From Enoplolaimus lenunculus (Eukaryota), in contig JASANG010001402.1 of NCBI GenBank assembly GCA_030248215.1, forward strand, positions 558,001 to 618,509: DNA of 60,509 nucleotides, written 5' to 3'. A model generated the notes under the pieces. It saw nothing but the letters and a program-made list of their open reading frames with translations, did no database searches and was not told the DNA's origin. Both the position numbers and the translations under genes were made by a program. This document shows positions 24,946 through 36,428 of the stretch, one piece after another. The first letter of the stretch is position 1; each line of letters starts with the position of its first letter.

Positions 24946-25983
24946 GAGTCAAGCGCCAAAGTAAGCATCTGCTTACATGCTGAAACAACGTAGTGTACGT
25001 ACGGTATTGTGCTGAAAATCAAGAACCCTGCTTCTAGCAGTGATGGATCTAAATTTTCGTGGAACATATTTAGGTTGGCAACGCTGCCCTTTTTTGGCTC
25101 AGAGACCAACTACAGAGTTCCCGTTATTAATGTTATCTAAAATTTTGGCGGACTGTGTAACTGGCCCAGGCCGAATGGTTCACCGTGTAGGCACAACTTG
25201 AACAAAATATCAAGAAAAAGCGAGCAAAAAAACTAGACACTGACTCTATAACTCTACTTCAGAGCTTTAGTTGGAGTCTTTGCTAGCGTATTTTTGTATA
25301 TGAAATAGTTTTCGTTTACGTACTAGGAGTTAAAACAGAACGAGCGAAACACAGTAGCCACAAAATTAGGCTGAGTTTTGAAGAACTCGAAGGCGAAGCG
25401 ACCGAGAAGCTATACATTGTTTCAGTGTTCGATCCCTTTGTACCAGTATCAAACGGTTTACTTTATTCATGAACCGCGTGGTCTAAACTACCAAACCGAA
25501 CTTCAGCGGTCTCGCCGGGTGTCTCTCTCGCCAGTAGTACTCACGCAATAAGCAATGTCGCCGAGTAAAATACACTGAAGTGTTTACTGTTTACAGATAA
25601 GTCAAGATTACTTGCTCTATTTCGATGGAATGAGCTGGCGAACATCCGTTTCCGCTATCAAATTTGCCATGCGCATGCGGTACCTTTTTCCACATTGAAT
25701 TATCACTTGTAACTGAGTAAAAAATCAGCATAGAACAACGTAGTCAAGTGTCTTAAGGTATGCATACTTAGCATACATTTCTTTATATGTAATATTACGC
25801 ATATATAATATATAACGTAATGACCGGAATATAAGGGTTTCCTATATTAAACTTAAACGTAGTCCATAAATGAATCGAGTTCAAAAATTCTAATTAAAGT
25901 CCACGGACCAAAAACGTCAATTATCTCTAATTAATTAGAGTATATACATACATAAAAGGACATGTGAGGGCTGTGCGCGAGTG

Positions 25984-26352
25984 AGGGGGAGGACTAGGGA
26001 CAAAACCCCATTATCTGGGAGGACTAGGGACAAACCCCCATTACCTGGGAGGACTAGGGACAAACCCCCATTACCTGGGAGGACTAGGGACAAACCCCCA
26101 TTACCTGGGAGGACTAGGGACAAACCCCCATTACCTGGGAGGACTAGGGACAAACCCCCATTTCCTGGGAGGACTAGGGACAAACCTCCATTACCTGGGA
26201 GGACTAGGGACAAACCCCCATTACATAGGAGAACTAGGAACAAAACCCACATTACCTGGGAGGACTAGGGACAAACCCCCATTTCCTGGGCCTAAAAGGA
26301 TTAGAGACAAACTCCCATTAGCTGGGAGGACTAGAGACAAACCCCATTACCT
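25984..26352. repeat. 30-bp minisatellite, about 12 copies
   Basis: GGAGGACTAGGGACAAACCCCCATTACCTG in tandem. Confidence 0.95.
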
Positions 26353-26927
26353 CGGAAGAAAAGCTGCAGAGGAGAAATTTGAGGAAGGTGCAATATTTTT
26401 GTACATTAAAATTTATGTTTGTGTTCTTTACGTTCCGCTAGGCAATCGACATTTATTAGTTATACGTATAAAAACACAAGTATTTCAGGTAAAACTACGT
26501 ACGCAGAACTGACCCTACAATTTATCTGCGAAGTTAAACTTAGTTTAAATTTAACTTACATTTAATACGCCGTTCATAATAATTTTTCCAACGGTGCCAC
26601 AAAATCTTTTTATAGCCCATGGCTGTAATGAGCTCGCTTTGAAAACGACCTCATGATAGCCCTGGGCTATGAGAGATTTTAGCGGCACTATTGACAAAAT
26701 TATTGTGAACGGCGCATAACATTGACCAAAAATGTGGGAATAGGGCAACTGGGCGGACGGTAAACTTAGATCCAAAAACCCACTGTCCCCACCAGATAAA
26801 CCACAGAATATGCGGGCAACATATCTATATTTATTTCCATATTCATTTCAAAGTTTTTACGGTACTCATGTAAAACTCACGTATCGGCATCGGCATTTTA
26901 CTGTACCGGACCAAGACTAATTGTAAC

Positions 26928-27313
26928 TAGGGATGTGCCGATTAATCGGCATCGGCAATAATCGGCACTTTTTGTGAGTATCGGCATCGGCACAGCAACA
27001 AAATTGCCGATTCTTTGCCCATACTTTTTGCACATAACAGTCAGTTGGAATGCTATCAATTTCATTTCTGGGTGCATAATAGTGTGTTTGCTCAAGAAAA
27101 TTGTTATCTCTCTTGCGTTTGTGTTTGAAAAAGTTATATAATTGAAATTAACCGTTCTTATAAAATTATAATCGTTTGTGTTGGTTAGGGTTTAATAAGC
27201 CATCATATAATAACGTAATGTAGTATTCTATCTGCTAATTAAGCATGGTGTACTAAAGTTGGAATCGGCATAGGTTCGGCATCGGCAAAAATTTTGGCAT
27301 CGCCACATCCATA
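26928..27313. mobile_element. TAGGGATGTG-ended hAT-like MITE with ATCGGC repeats
   Basis: TAGGGATGTGCCGATTAATCGGC...GGCATCGCCACATCC; relatives near 44000-44103 and 55466-55708. Confidence 0.6.
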
Positions 27314-30196
27314 ATTATAACCAGGCTATACTTTTTCTTAGCATACTTACATTACGCGTCCACGTTGACATATATAAAACGTTTCAGCCTATACTTTAAC
27401 AGAAGCTATACTTACCATTCGTATACGTATATATACGTAGGATATACATACACTCTTATACTTTAGCCATAAATATATTAAAAGCATGCAAGACGTGCCT
27501 AATCTATCTATACGAGAACCGTTTCCCTATGGAGTATAAGAGAAATAATGAGCTTAAATTACGTTTTAAATTGCGGTCGTATTACAGCAAATAATGATAA
27601 ATGGATATACTTTGTTGTTGTTGCTGCTTTGAAGAGCATTATTTCAAGCGATAGTGCGCTCTTCTTCATCAATTTTTTTACATAAGATTGATTCGGTTTA
27701 ATAGCAAAGTTTACAAAAATCAAGATAAATCGGTTCGGTTCCAGTTAAAAAATTTCAAAAACCACTGGCGAATTACAACTGTTGACAATGATTTTTATCA
27801 TCATTAAAAAGATACATACACGTATTGTACGTATACGTACTTGCTTGCTCCCTCCCCTCATCTCTATGCTAGGGTTAATTTGATAAAAGTCAAAAGTGTA
27901 GTCCCGCCCGCACTACTGATTATATTTTCGTTAAACATAAAGGCTAAGTCGAACCCAGAGTGTACCGTACCTATAAATACAGGATGACCTGTTAAAGTTG
28001 AAAGTTTTTTTGACAACTGAACCATATCGTTCAGGTACGTACGTACCTGATCTATTTATGCAAATACTTCTACGCCATACACTCTTAACACGCTACAAAT
28101 GAATTCCCTACGGACCATTGCAACCATATTGATAAACTCAGTCAGCCGAGTATCCTAAAATTATATATATACGTATACATATATATGTATACGTATATGT
28201 ATATTTATATGTATATATGTATATGTATATACATATATATGTATATATATACGTATATATATATAATATATACGTAATATATTAAACAACGAATGAAATC
28301 ACTATATCAACATAAGTTTTATCTGTTAACTCCAGGCATGAAAATTAAAAATTGAACCGACATTGCACCATGCAGCACACTTGGAGACAAATACCGATAA
28401 ACTAAATATATACGTATATATATATATATATTTCAAACCGAGACAACTGACGCTCATATACCATCTACGTGCAAGTAATACTGAATTTTTATACCTTTCG
28501 TTAAGTTTTTAAAACGACCTACACCAGGGTGCAACCGGAATTCCGGTTCCGGCATTTTTTCACCTTCCGGTTCCGGTAAATTGTAATTCCGGTTGCACCT
28601 TGACCTACACTTGTCCAGGTTGAATAAACGGCCAATTAAAACATTAACAGTTGTTCAAGACGGCATAAACTACGTACTTACTTACTCGATTGATATACCG
28701 TTGAAAAGTAATACCAAACTCTATATATACACAATTATCAATTATCAAAATCACAAATTTTGCACGCATACCTACATATATTCTGCCGACAATTGTTAGA
28801 TTCGATTTTTCACAACCGAATCTGAACCGCAAATTTTTGCTCAATCCGGACTTTGTGCCAGTCTGAAGTAAAACGCCAAAAATTTTGTAGACGCAAAATT
28901 ACAAAACAATTATAGCAAATAATAATAAATTACGTCGCGTGATTAAGTTTTGCTCTTAAATTTTTATATACAGCACTAGAGCCGCATTCCATCAGTTATA
29001 GAGGGGGGCGCGCGATCACAATATTACATTCCAATACCAGCCTGCTACGTACAAGATATCCGATGCAATATTCAGCGAACAACTGTAGTTGTGGTATCCG
29101 GTACCAACCTACCGGATATATATTTACTGCTGTATTCTCGAATAAAATTAAACTGTTACTTACACGTGGAGATATTTAACACTTTGCTGCGATAATACAT
29201 TTTCGGGCAAATGAAAAAGCTCAAGGTTTCCACACTGAAGTAAAAATAAAAAAATCTAAGCTAGCAATTTCAAATCAGTAAACGTACACTTTTGTGCGTT
29301 TCAAATAATTTCCAACCGTACACAAACTGCAATGCTGTATCTGGTCAATATCCGGTTGCGGAAAAATTCACTATCCGGCTCCGGTGTCCGGGAAATTAAT
29401 AATCGATCACACTTTCTGCGTGTGTATATATATATAAATCAGGGCGGCAACAAAAGCTCGGATTCGGTTTCATATTACGTAAAAATTGAAGGTTCGGAAT
29501 CAGACTCGGATCTGGAAAAAAACTGAATACAGCAAGGATCGGAAATACCGTTGCATGTGTCTAGTCGACGAAATTGAGCTAGAACACATGGAATCGTTTT
29601 CCGAAAATTATTAGTAGGTACGTATATACTAACCGTTCCAAAATCAATCAATGTTTTGATAAAATCTGGCTTTGATATTTCAAAATTCCCACGTTTCTAT
29701 TGCCTGCATAAGATTACGTTTGCTTAACCGGCATGTAGAGAGGCACCGAGTCTACGATTTGACCGAATCCGAATCCACTGCTAATTTACCGACTCCAAAT
29801 CCGAATCTTGTGTTGCAAATTTTAGTTATATCTATAATCTTTTTCAGAATATCAACGCAATGCCAGCCGCATAACTTTTAATCGTTAGACTGTTGGATTC
29901 GAGCTCTTTCATAATTAAATCCGAAGCACAAGTTTTTGCTGAATCCGAATACGAATCGGAAACTTTGTTACCATTCTACCGGCAATCATGTCAATCAGCT
30001 ACAGAATTAATTTCATACAACACTTTTATATAAATTAAGGTATTTTCCAAAGTCAAAGTCGGACTTGCACTCGAAATCGGATACGACAAAATTACAATGG
30101 TATCGGAATCGGTCAAATCGCGGGTTCAGTGCCCCTATGATACAAATGCTTTGACACTCTGCATAAGGTTTGAACAAAGCAGTTATTTGACCATAA

Positions 30197-30472
30197 AGCC
30201 CCATTCACACGATCAAGTTTTTGCCGCGAGAACTTGCAGCTGCAACTTGCACTTGCAAGTTTCGTGCAAATCCCGTTCGAAAAACATGCAGATGTAAATA
30301 ATTCATTAAAAACTCTAAGCTAGGAATTTAGTTCACGTGAGTGAACAACGATGCAAATTTAATGAATTTATTGCAGCCGCAATTCTCATTGGCTGATGAA
30401 AAAATATAAGTTCCGCGTGCAATTTGCAGATGCCAGTTCTCGTAGCAAAAACTTGCACGTGTGAATAGGGCT
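30197..30472. mobile_element. PIF/Harbinger-like MITE (TAA TSD)
   Basis: taa-AGCCCCATTCACACG...CGTGTGAATAGGGCT-taa; partial copy near 43240-43371. Confidence 0.7.
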
Positions 30473-32702
30473 TAACTGGTCAATTAGTGACCAATCGCTA
30501 AAAATTTAGCCAATCGAACATAGCTGTGCAAACTGCAAACAATGGCGTACAAATTGTTCAAACTTTTAACATTTTTTGATAACAAGCAAGACCCTAAGAT
30601 AGAACCAGTAACTAAGTTACCGCATATTGGATCCCGATGTCGCATATAAACTTGTATACTGGCTGAAGTACAAATATATTTGAGACTAACAAAATATCAC
30701 GTTACTGAATTAAATTAGCGGTAGGCACAGGATACCCGGATAAGTTTTAAATCCGAATTTTACGCGTTTGGTTTTTGAATATCTGAATATTAATTTTAAC
30801 AAGGTAACAACAGAAGTTCCAATTCAGTGTCAAATAATATGTATATACACCAGATGATGGTTCAAAATCGGATTTTCATGATCAATTTTGAAAAACCAAA
30901 TTCACAGGCCAAATTCGGCACAAACAGTTTGAGTTGTTGAAGTTGGGCTGAAACAAACGATCCATATTGGAAAAGCTTTAGCATTTGAGGTTCAAAAACT
31001 GGACTTGTTAGTAGTTACGATTCGTTATTCAGCCGGAAAAAATAAGGTCCCTATAGATACATGGACAGGACACAGTTCATGTATCTCAACTATATATAGA
31101 CATATTTATTATATGAATTTAATTAAACCACACATAATGATGTTTCCAACTAAATTATCGCTGTATAGATTCATCGAGCGACAACGCATACCACGGACAC
31201 ACTGAAACAAACTAAATCAACATAAAATCTCATCACAATGTTCAATCAATATAAAGCCGTAAAAAACTACTAAAAACCTACAAGTAAATACGTACGTAAA
31301 ACTAAAATAGGCGCACGAGGGAATGTTCTCGTAAAGCATATGCACGACAAATTCAGACTTTGTCGTGTGTGGCCAAAAACATAATTTAACAACGAATTGA
31401 GAGCGTATGTACAAAATAAAACACATCTTATTTCGGCCCATGTTCTACAGCTTTAACATAGAATTCAACCCTCAGGATAGACAAGCCTTCCCGTTTGCGA
31501 AACAGTCAAGATTGCCATCGGGTCCGAACCAGACAGGGGCAGTGGGACTCTGTCTCTATTGGCTGAATTTGTCTCCTTCCTAGAAACGTTATAACCCGCT
31601 TAAAAGTCATGCAAAATCACCGCATCTGAACTCGGAACATAGCACCCCCATTCCCTCTAGCATACGGAACTGGCTACACGTCTGATTGTGGCAAAATAAA
31701 CATCTAATGCAACTTACGCATGTATATACGTGCATACTCACTCATAATCAAAAAATATACGCACGCTTATATTATAAAAACATACACCCGATACATAAAC
31801 ATTGAATCTCAGCATAATAGTTGTCCCAATGCATAAAACGCCAAATCCAATTCACAAAATAAATTGGGATGCCAAATACAAAATGAGTCCGACAATACAT
31901 ACACATACATACATACATACATACATACATACGTATAATAGGCAGGCACATATTCAAGAATAGTTTTCAATCTCCCTCACTGGTCTGCGACCGAAACGAA
32001 ACATATATCTACATATATACCTAAAGCAAGCATTAAGCTATAAGTTGGAGCACTATACCATGCGTTTAGCCTATATGTATATACATGTTGTATTTATATA
32101 TCGCAATCAGAGGCGGTCACTGGGGGCGGCCACTTTACCACTTCCAAATGTCTTATATATACAGCTGATTTTAGAAGCAAAAATGATAACATTAAAAAGT
32201 TCATACATACTCGAATTACATTATCATAAAAGTGCGAACGGCCCCGCAAAAAAGTTCTTTGATCGGCAGTGTTCCATACGTATATTAGGGTTCAACCGGA
32301 TATCCGGGACCGATAAAAACTGACATCTGGCTCCAGCTTCGAAATCATTAATCCTATGTTAACCCGTACCATATAGAGCGCTCAATAAAATTTTACTGCA
32401 AACGGAATAAATAGTTTACAAACATCCAAAACCGATAATTGAATACTTAGCTAATAACTAATTTGCATATTAGCTTAATTGACAAGACAAAATTAGGACT
32501 TTTTAAATTATTCCAAAAATTATAGGGTGGCTGAAGGGTTTTTGGGTTCAAGGAATCACAGGAAATTGCTTACAAACCTCTAAAACCGATAAATGAATAG
32601 TTAGCTAATAACTAATTTGCATATTACATTAATTGCTTGCGTGTGTTCGAGATTCGCTCAATAAATGTAGTCCCACTACGACTGGTATTATTAAGCTGGA
32701 AC

Positions 32703-33071
32703 CAGGGTGCAACCGGAATTACAATTTACCGGAACCGGAATTTGAAAATTTTACCGGAACCGGAAGGTGAAAACTGCATTTTACCAAAAATTTCATTTTA
32801 ATCGTATTTTTTGCTCTGTTATTTGTGAAACAACCTTAGTCGAACATAGGTATTTTATTTGTTGTATTTTAGATTTTCGTCGTCGACTGAAGTGAAATCC
32901 ACCATCAATGGCTTATATTCGGAGTACAAGTGGCTTTCAAAAGAGATTCTTAAAAATTAGCAAAGTTAAGAAAACGGCCAAATTATAACACGGGAATTTT
33001 TAAATCCGGTAAAAATTTACCGGAACCGGAAGGTGAAAAAATGCAGGAACCGGAATTCCGGTTGCACCCTG
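32703..33071. mobile_element. hAT-like MITE with perfect 8-bp TSD
   Basis: TIRs CAGGGTGCAACCGGAATT / AATTCCGGTTGCACCCTG; TSD GCTGGAAC on both sides. Relatives near 19845-20185, 28525-28602, 52355-52827. Confidence 0.9.
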
Positions 33072-34275
33072 GCTGGAACGCACCACGGTACGTACGTATT
33101 TTGGGCGGCGTTCTAGCAGATTCACATATTTACGTTTTAAGATACTGTGCGTCTTTAACGAGTCTGCGATTCCGTAGTTATGTAACGTACGCCACATTCA
33201 ATTTTTTCAAAAAAGAGACATTTTGCAAAAATTCTAGAAAACGGCACAGCCCTAATACAGTTTAAAACGAAGACGTTACAACGGATTAGCACATTTTTTG
33301 TCATGTTCGGGAGAGTAAAATATGGCCGAGGTCGTTTCAATTTGTCCACTAATTTCAGGAGTTATTTCCAAAAATCTCAAAAAATTCCGGTGGGAGCTCA
33401 AAATGCCGCGTTTTCCGCTAATATCCTCTTAACTGCTCTCAACTTTTTCCAACCCTCATACAAGTATAAAAATATCCAGTTTTCAGGTTATAAAATATAA
33501 TTTACACCAACATATCTCATAAGTTATAATTGTAAGCCGAAGTATGACACCTAAAATCCAAATTTTTGCGGCTATATGTTCCAGATAGATACCAGGGCGG
33601 CAACAAATGTTCGAATTCGGGTTATGGAAAAATTAAGTTTCAATATCCAAAAGCCGAACCCAACAATATTTGGCAATATAAATAATGGCCTTTACCTAGG
33701 GTCAAAAATTTGGGGAGGGGGACCTAAGATGAGTGCGCCCAGCATTTGGGGGTGCTACCCCTCAAATTTTCCATGTATAATTATCTATGTACGCATCAGT
33801 GAGCAAGCGAAACTTTATTATACTGGAATCGTAATCGAAGAAGAAATTTATACCGGAATTGTATCGGAATCGGAACTGAAAATACTGTGTCTGTACGAAA
33901 TTGTATTGACAAATAAAATGTAGATTTAGGGTGTCTGTTGGCTGGCTACAATTTTCAAAAAGGTCGCATGATAAAATTGACGACGATTTTTTGTTCTGTA
34001 AAGCTAAACTACGATCAATTATTGATAAGTTAACTCATCGAAAGCAATTAAATAGCTAAATACAAATATTTATGCAACGTACCACAGTAAGTAGGATTAA
34101 AATTAAAATTACAAAATTCCGAATCATTGTACAAATCGGAATCGGAACTTGAACGTCTTGCTTCTGGCCATCTCCACGACACCGAGTGGCCTCGACACCC
34201 CATGGCTCCGAGACACTTCTCGTTTAGCTTTTTAGCAAACAATTATTAACACCTGTTGGTACTATACGGTTTGCA

Positions 34276-34345
34276 CGCCAAGATGGGAATCGAACCCGGA
34301 CCTCTTGCACTCAAGTCAAGCATGCTACCACAGCACTATGTGGTA
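34276..34345 (-). pseudogene. tRNA pseudogene or tRNA-derived SINE head
   Basis: Minus strand reads TAGTGCTGTGGTAGCAT (A box/D arm), CTTGA-CTTGAGT-GCAAG, AGGTC, CGGGTTCGATTCCC (B box); the acceptor stem is degenerate. Confidence 0.6.
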
Positions 34346-34499
34346 GCTGTCGAAGATGAGGTGAAAAAATGCCGAAATCAGACAGCGGAAACATCTGTAG
34401 TTAACCGTATGCAGAATTTTCTCGTTGGACTTTGTTAATAAGCTGACAAGAGCCGTCTCAGGTATATACCGATCAAGCCAACGTTTTCTGATATAGGGG

Positions 34500-34670
34500 C
34501 TACGCAGTGTCAGTCTAGGCAGGAACTGCGACTTCAGACCTTTTAACTAAGCAGCTAGATAAGCGGGCTTTTTGAGCAGGGATCGAACTCTCAGCCTACT
34601 GATTTTTAAACGAAGACTCTACCACTGCACCACGCAGCCCGCTTCTCCGAGTGCTTTTCAAGTCGACTAT
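34500..34670 (-). mobile_element. tRNA-derived SINE-like element, copy 1
   Basis: Reverse complement: A box TGGTGCAGTGG and B box GTTCGATCC inside an AAGCGGGCT/AGCCCGCTT stem; shared tail TTAGTTAAAAGG..AAGTC..AGTTCC. Confidence 0.7.
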
Positions 34671-34883
34671 TTGTCCACCGTATGCTGCCAGCAAACATAC
34701 TACACAACGTGCTTTGCATATGTTGCATATGCACCTGGAAAGAATGTCTCACATGCTTACATGCCCCAATTTTCAACAAGGTCGTCCCCTGCCCGTCTAC
34801 CCTATTTTCAACTGGATACCTCCCTCGTTCATAGCGCGGTAATTTACCATTGCGTTCACGGTGTGGACACAATACCAGTTTAT

Positions 34884-35031
34884 GGAACTTGGACTTCATA
34901 CCTTTTAACTAAGCAGCTGGAATAGTGGGCTGCAAGGGTGAGGATCGAACTCTCTGTCTACGGATCCTTGACCAAACAGTCTGCCACAGCGCCACGCAGC
35001 CCGCTTCTCCAACTGCTTTTCTCGTCAACTA
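34884..35031 (-). mobile_element. tRNA-derived SINE-like element, copy 2 (abuts LINE 5' end)
   Basis: Reverse complement: TAGTTGAC..AAGCAGTTGGAGAAGCGGGCTGCGTGGCGCTGTGG..GAGTTCGATCC..GCAGCCC..CCAGCTGCTTAGTTAAAAGG. Confidence 0.7.
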
Positions 35032-35275
35032 AGCGTTATGGTAGACTGCCGCAATGCAAACACTATATTCAGAACGAAATAGTGTGTACGATCAAGTTAA
35101 AGCTGACTGTGTGCCGTAGCGGCAAAGCATTCGCTTAAAGATCACAATAGGGCTACTCACTAAGCGCTATGGCAGACTGCAGCGCTGTAACCAAGATATT
35201 ACGTAGAATATGGGTTTGGTTTTCGATCAAGAGAAAATGGAATGCGTGCCGTAGCGGCAAAGCATTTGCTTAAGG
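35028..35275 (+). repeat. Two diverged ~131-bp monomers in the LINE 5' region with conserved predicted pairing
   Basis: ACTAAGCG(T/C)TATGG(T/C)AGACTGC...CGATCAAG...GTGCCGTAGCGGCAAAGCATT(C/T)GCTTAA at 35028-35138 and 35159-35273. Confidence 0.8.
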
Positions 35276-35426
35276 ATAAGTTTGAAAATTCGAGAAACCA
35301 TACTTTTCAATTGCATTCAGATCGTTTAATTAATTGCATTTAATCATATTTTCGTAGTTAGTTTCATTGCACAATTATTACGGTTCGACGGCGGTATTCC
35401 TTCCTGTGCATAGTGACTACATACCT

Positions 35427-36428
35427 ATGTCAGCACAGAACTCTGCATCCAGATTTAGCAAAAACCAGTCCCGGAAAAACTCATCTGTCACAAACGATAC
35501 CAGCCCTACCGATACCAACGATGTTTGCGCCTATTGTTCGGCTGTAGTGTCGTCAAATGGTGTTCAGTGCGATTGGTGCGATTGTTGGCTCCATCTGCCT
35601 TGTGCCGGAATCAACGGAGATACTAACACCCTTGATTGTGAGTCAGTTTTCGTATTATGCAAGCTTTGCGTTCCGAAATTTAAATCAGCCAAATCGGCTG
35701 GTCTGAAACAACCACGCGATGACAATTCTACTGAATCTAAATTGGCTGAACTTGACTCTAAAGTAAACCAGTTAATTGAAGCGCTTAATCCGATTCTTTC
35801 ACCTCGAAATGATAGCTCAGTTCAAAATACTCCCGTGTCGTATGCTGCCGCGACGTCGAAAAATATACAAACATCTAGCCGTATTGTAACTGTATCTGAC
35901 ATGAAGTACTTGTCGGAAGATGAAGTAAGACGTAAATGCGCAGTCATCAGTGGATTGCCTGAAAATGGCACAGATTTCGATGATGTCAACAAACTCTGTC
36001 GGTTCTTGGACAAGTCGGTATTGGTTGTTTGTGTTCATAGATTAGGTCTCATGCGTAAAGAGCGTGTGCCGTTGTCTCCTTCACGGCCTAGGCTTCTGAA
36101 AGTAGAGTTTGTTAGTGCATCCTGTTTAAAATCAATTTTGCATGAATCTCGAAAGCTTCGCGATACATCAGATTGGAAAAGTGTCTTCATAAGGAAATCA
36201 ATGTCTTCAGTCGAACGACAATATATGCGCGAGTTATACAAAGCGAAGAATGAGTTAAATGAAAAAGAACCGGCAGGCTCTACATACAAATATGTTGTGT
36301 CTGGGGAAACGATTGTTCGTTTTAAGAATTGCAAACGTAACGAAGCTGGTGTTTTGGTTGATGGATTTCGAGACAAGCATTTTATCTATAATGCTGGCTT
36401 GCGTAATAATGGCTCGGGAAACAATTAA
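35427..36428 (+). CDS. LINE ORF1 protein (PHD finger, coiled coil, RRM-like C-terminal part)
   Basis: CAYC...QCDWCDCWLHLPC...LCKLC is a C4HC3 PHD pattern; RPRLLKVEF and VFIRKSMS..ER resemble CR1/L2 ORF1 motifs. First ATG at 35427. Confidence 0.85.
   Translation: MSAQNSASRFSKNQSRKNSSVTNDTSPTDTNDVCAYCSAVVSSNGVQCDWCDCWLHLPCAGINGDTNTLDCESVFVLCKLCVPKFKSAKSAGLKQPRDDNSTESKLAELDSKVNQLIEALNPILSPRNDSSVQNTPVSYAAATSKNIQTSSRIVTVSDMKYLSEDEVRRKCAVISGLPENGTDFDDVNKLCRFLDKSVLVVCVHRLGLMRKERVPLSPSRPRLLKVEFVSASCLKSILHESRKLRDTSDWKSVFIRKSMSSVERQYMRELYKAKNELNEKEPAGSTYKYVVSGETIVRFKNCKRNEAGVLVDGFRDKHFIYNAGLRNNGSGNN

Noticed and set aside
25935..26268. Repetitive ORFs (GRTRDKPPLP)n and (GNGGLSLVLP)n
   Set aside because: By-products of a 30-bp minisatellite.
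34276..34345. Functional tRNA gene
   Set aside because: Acceptor and T stems are mismatched; treated as a pseudogene or SINE head.
35028..35275. Assigning the 5' monomers to HDV-like, twister, pistol or hammerhead ribozymes
   Set aside because: A GG follows the long stem and a small hairpin exists, but there is no pyrimidine-rich L3/P3, no CUGANGA/GAAA core and no twister P4 motif. Left unassigned.
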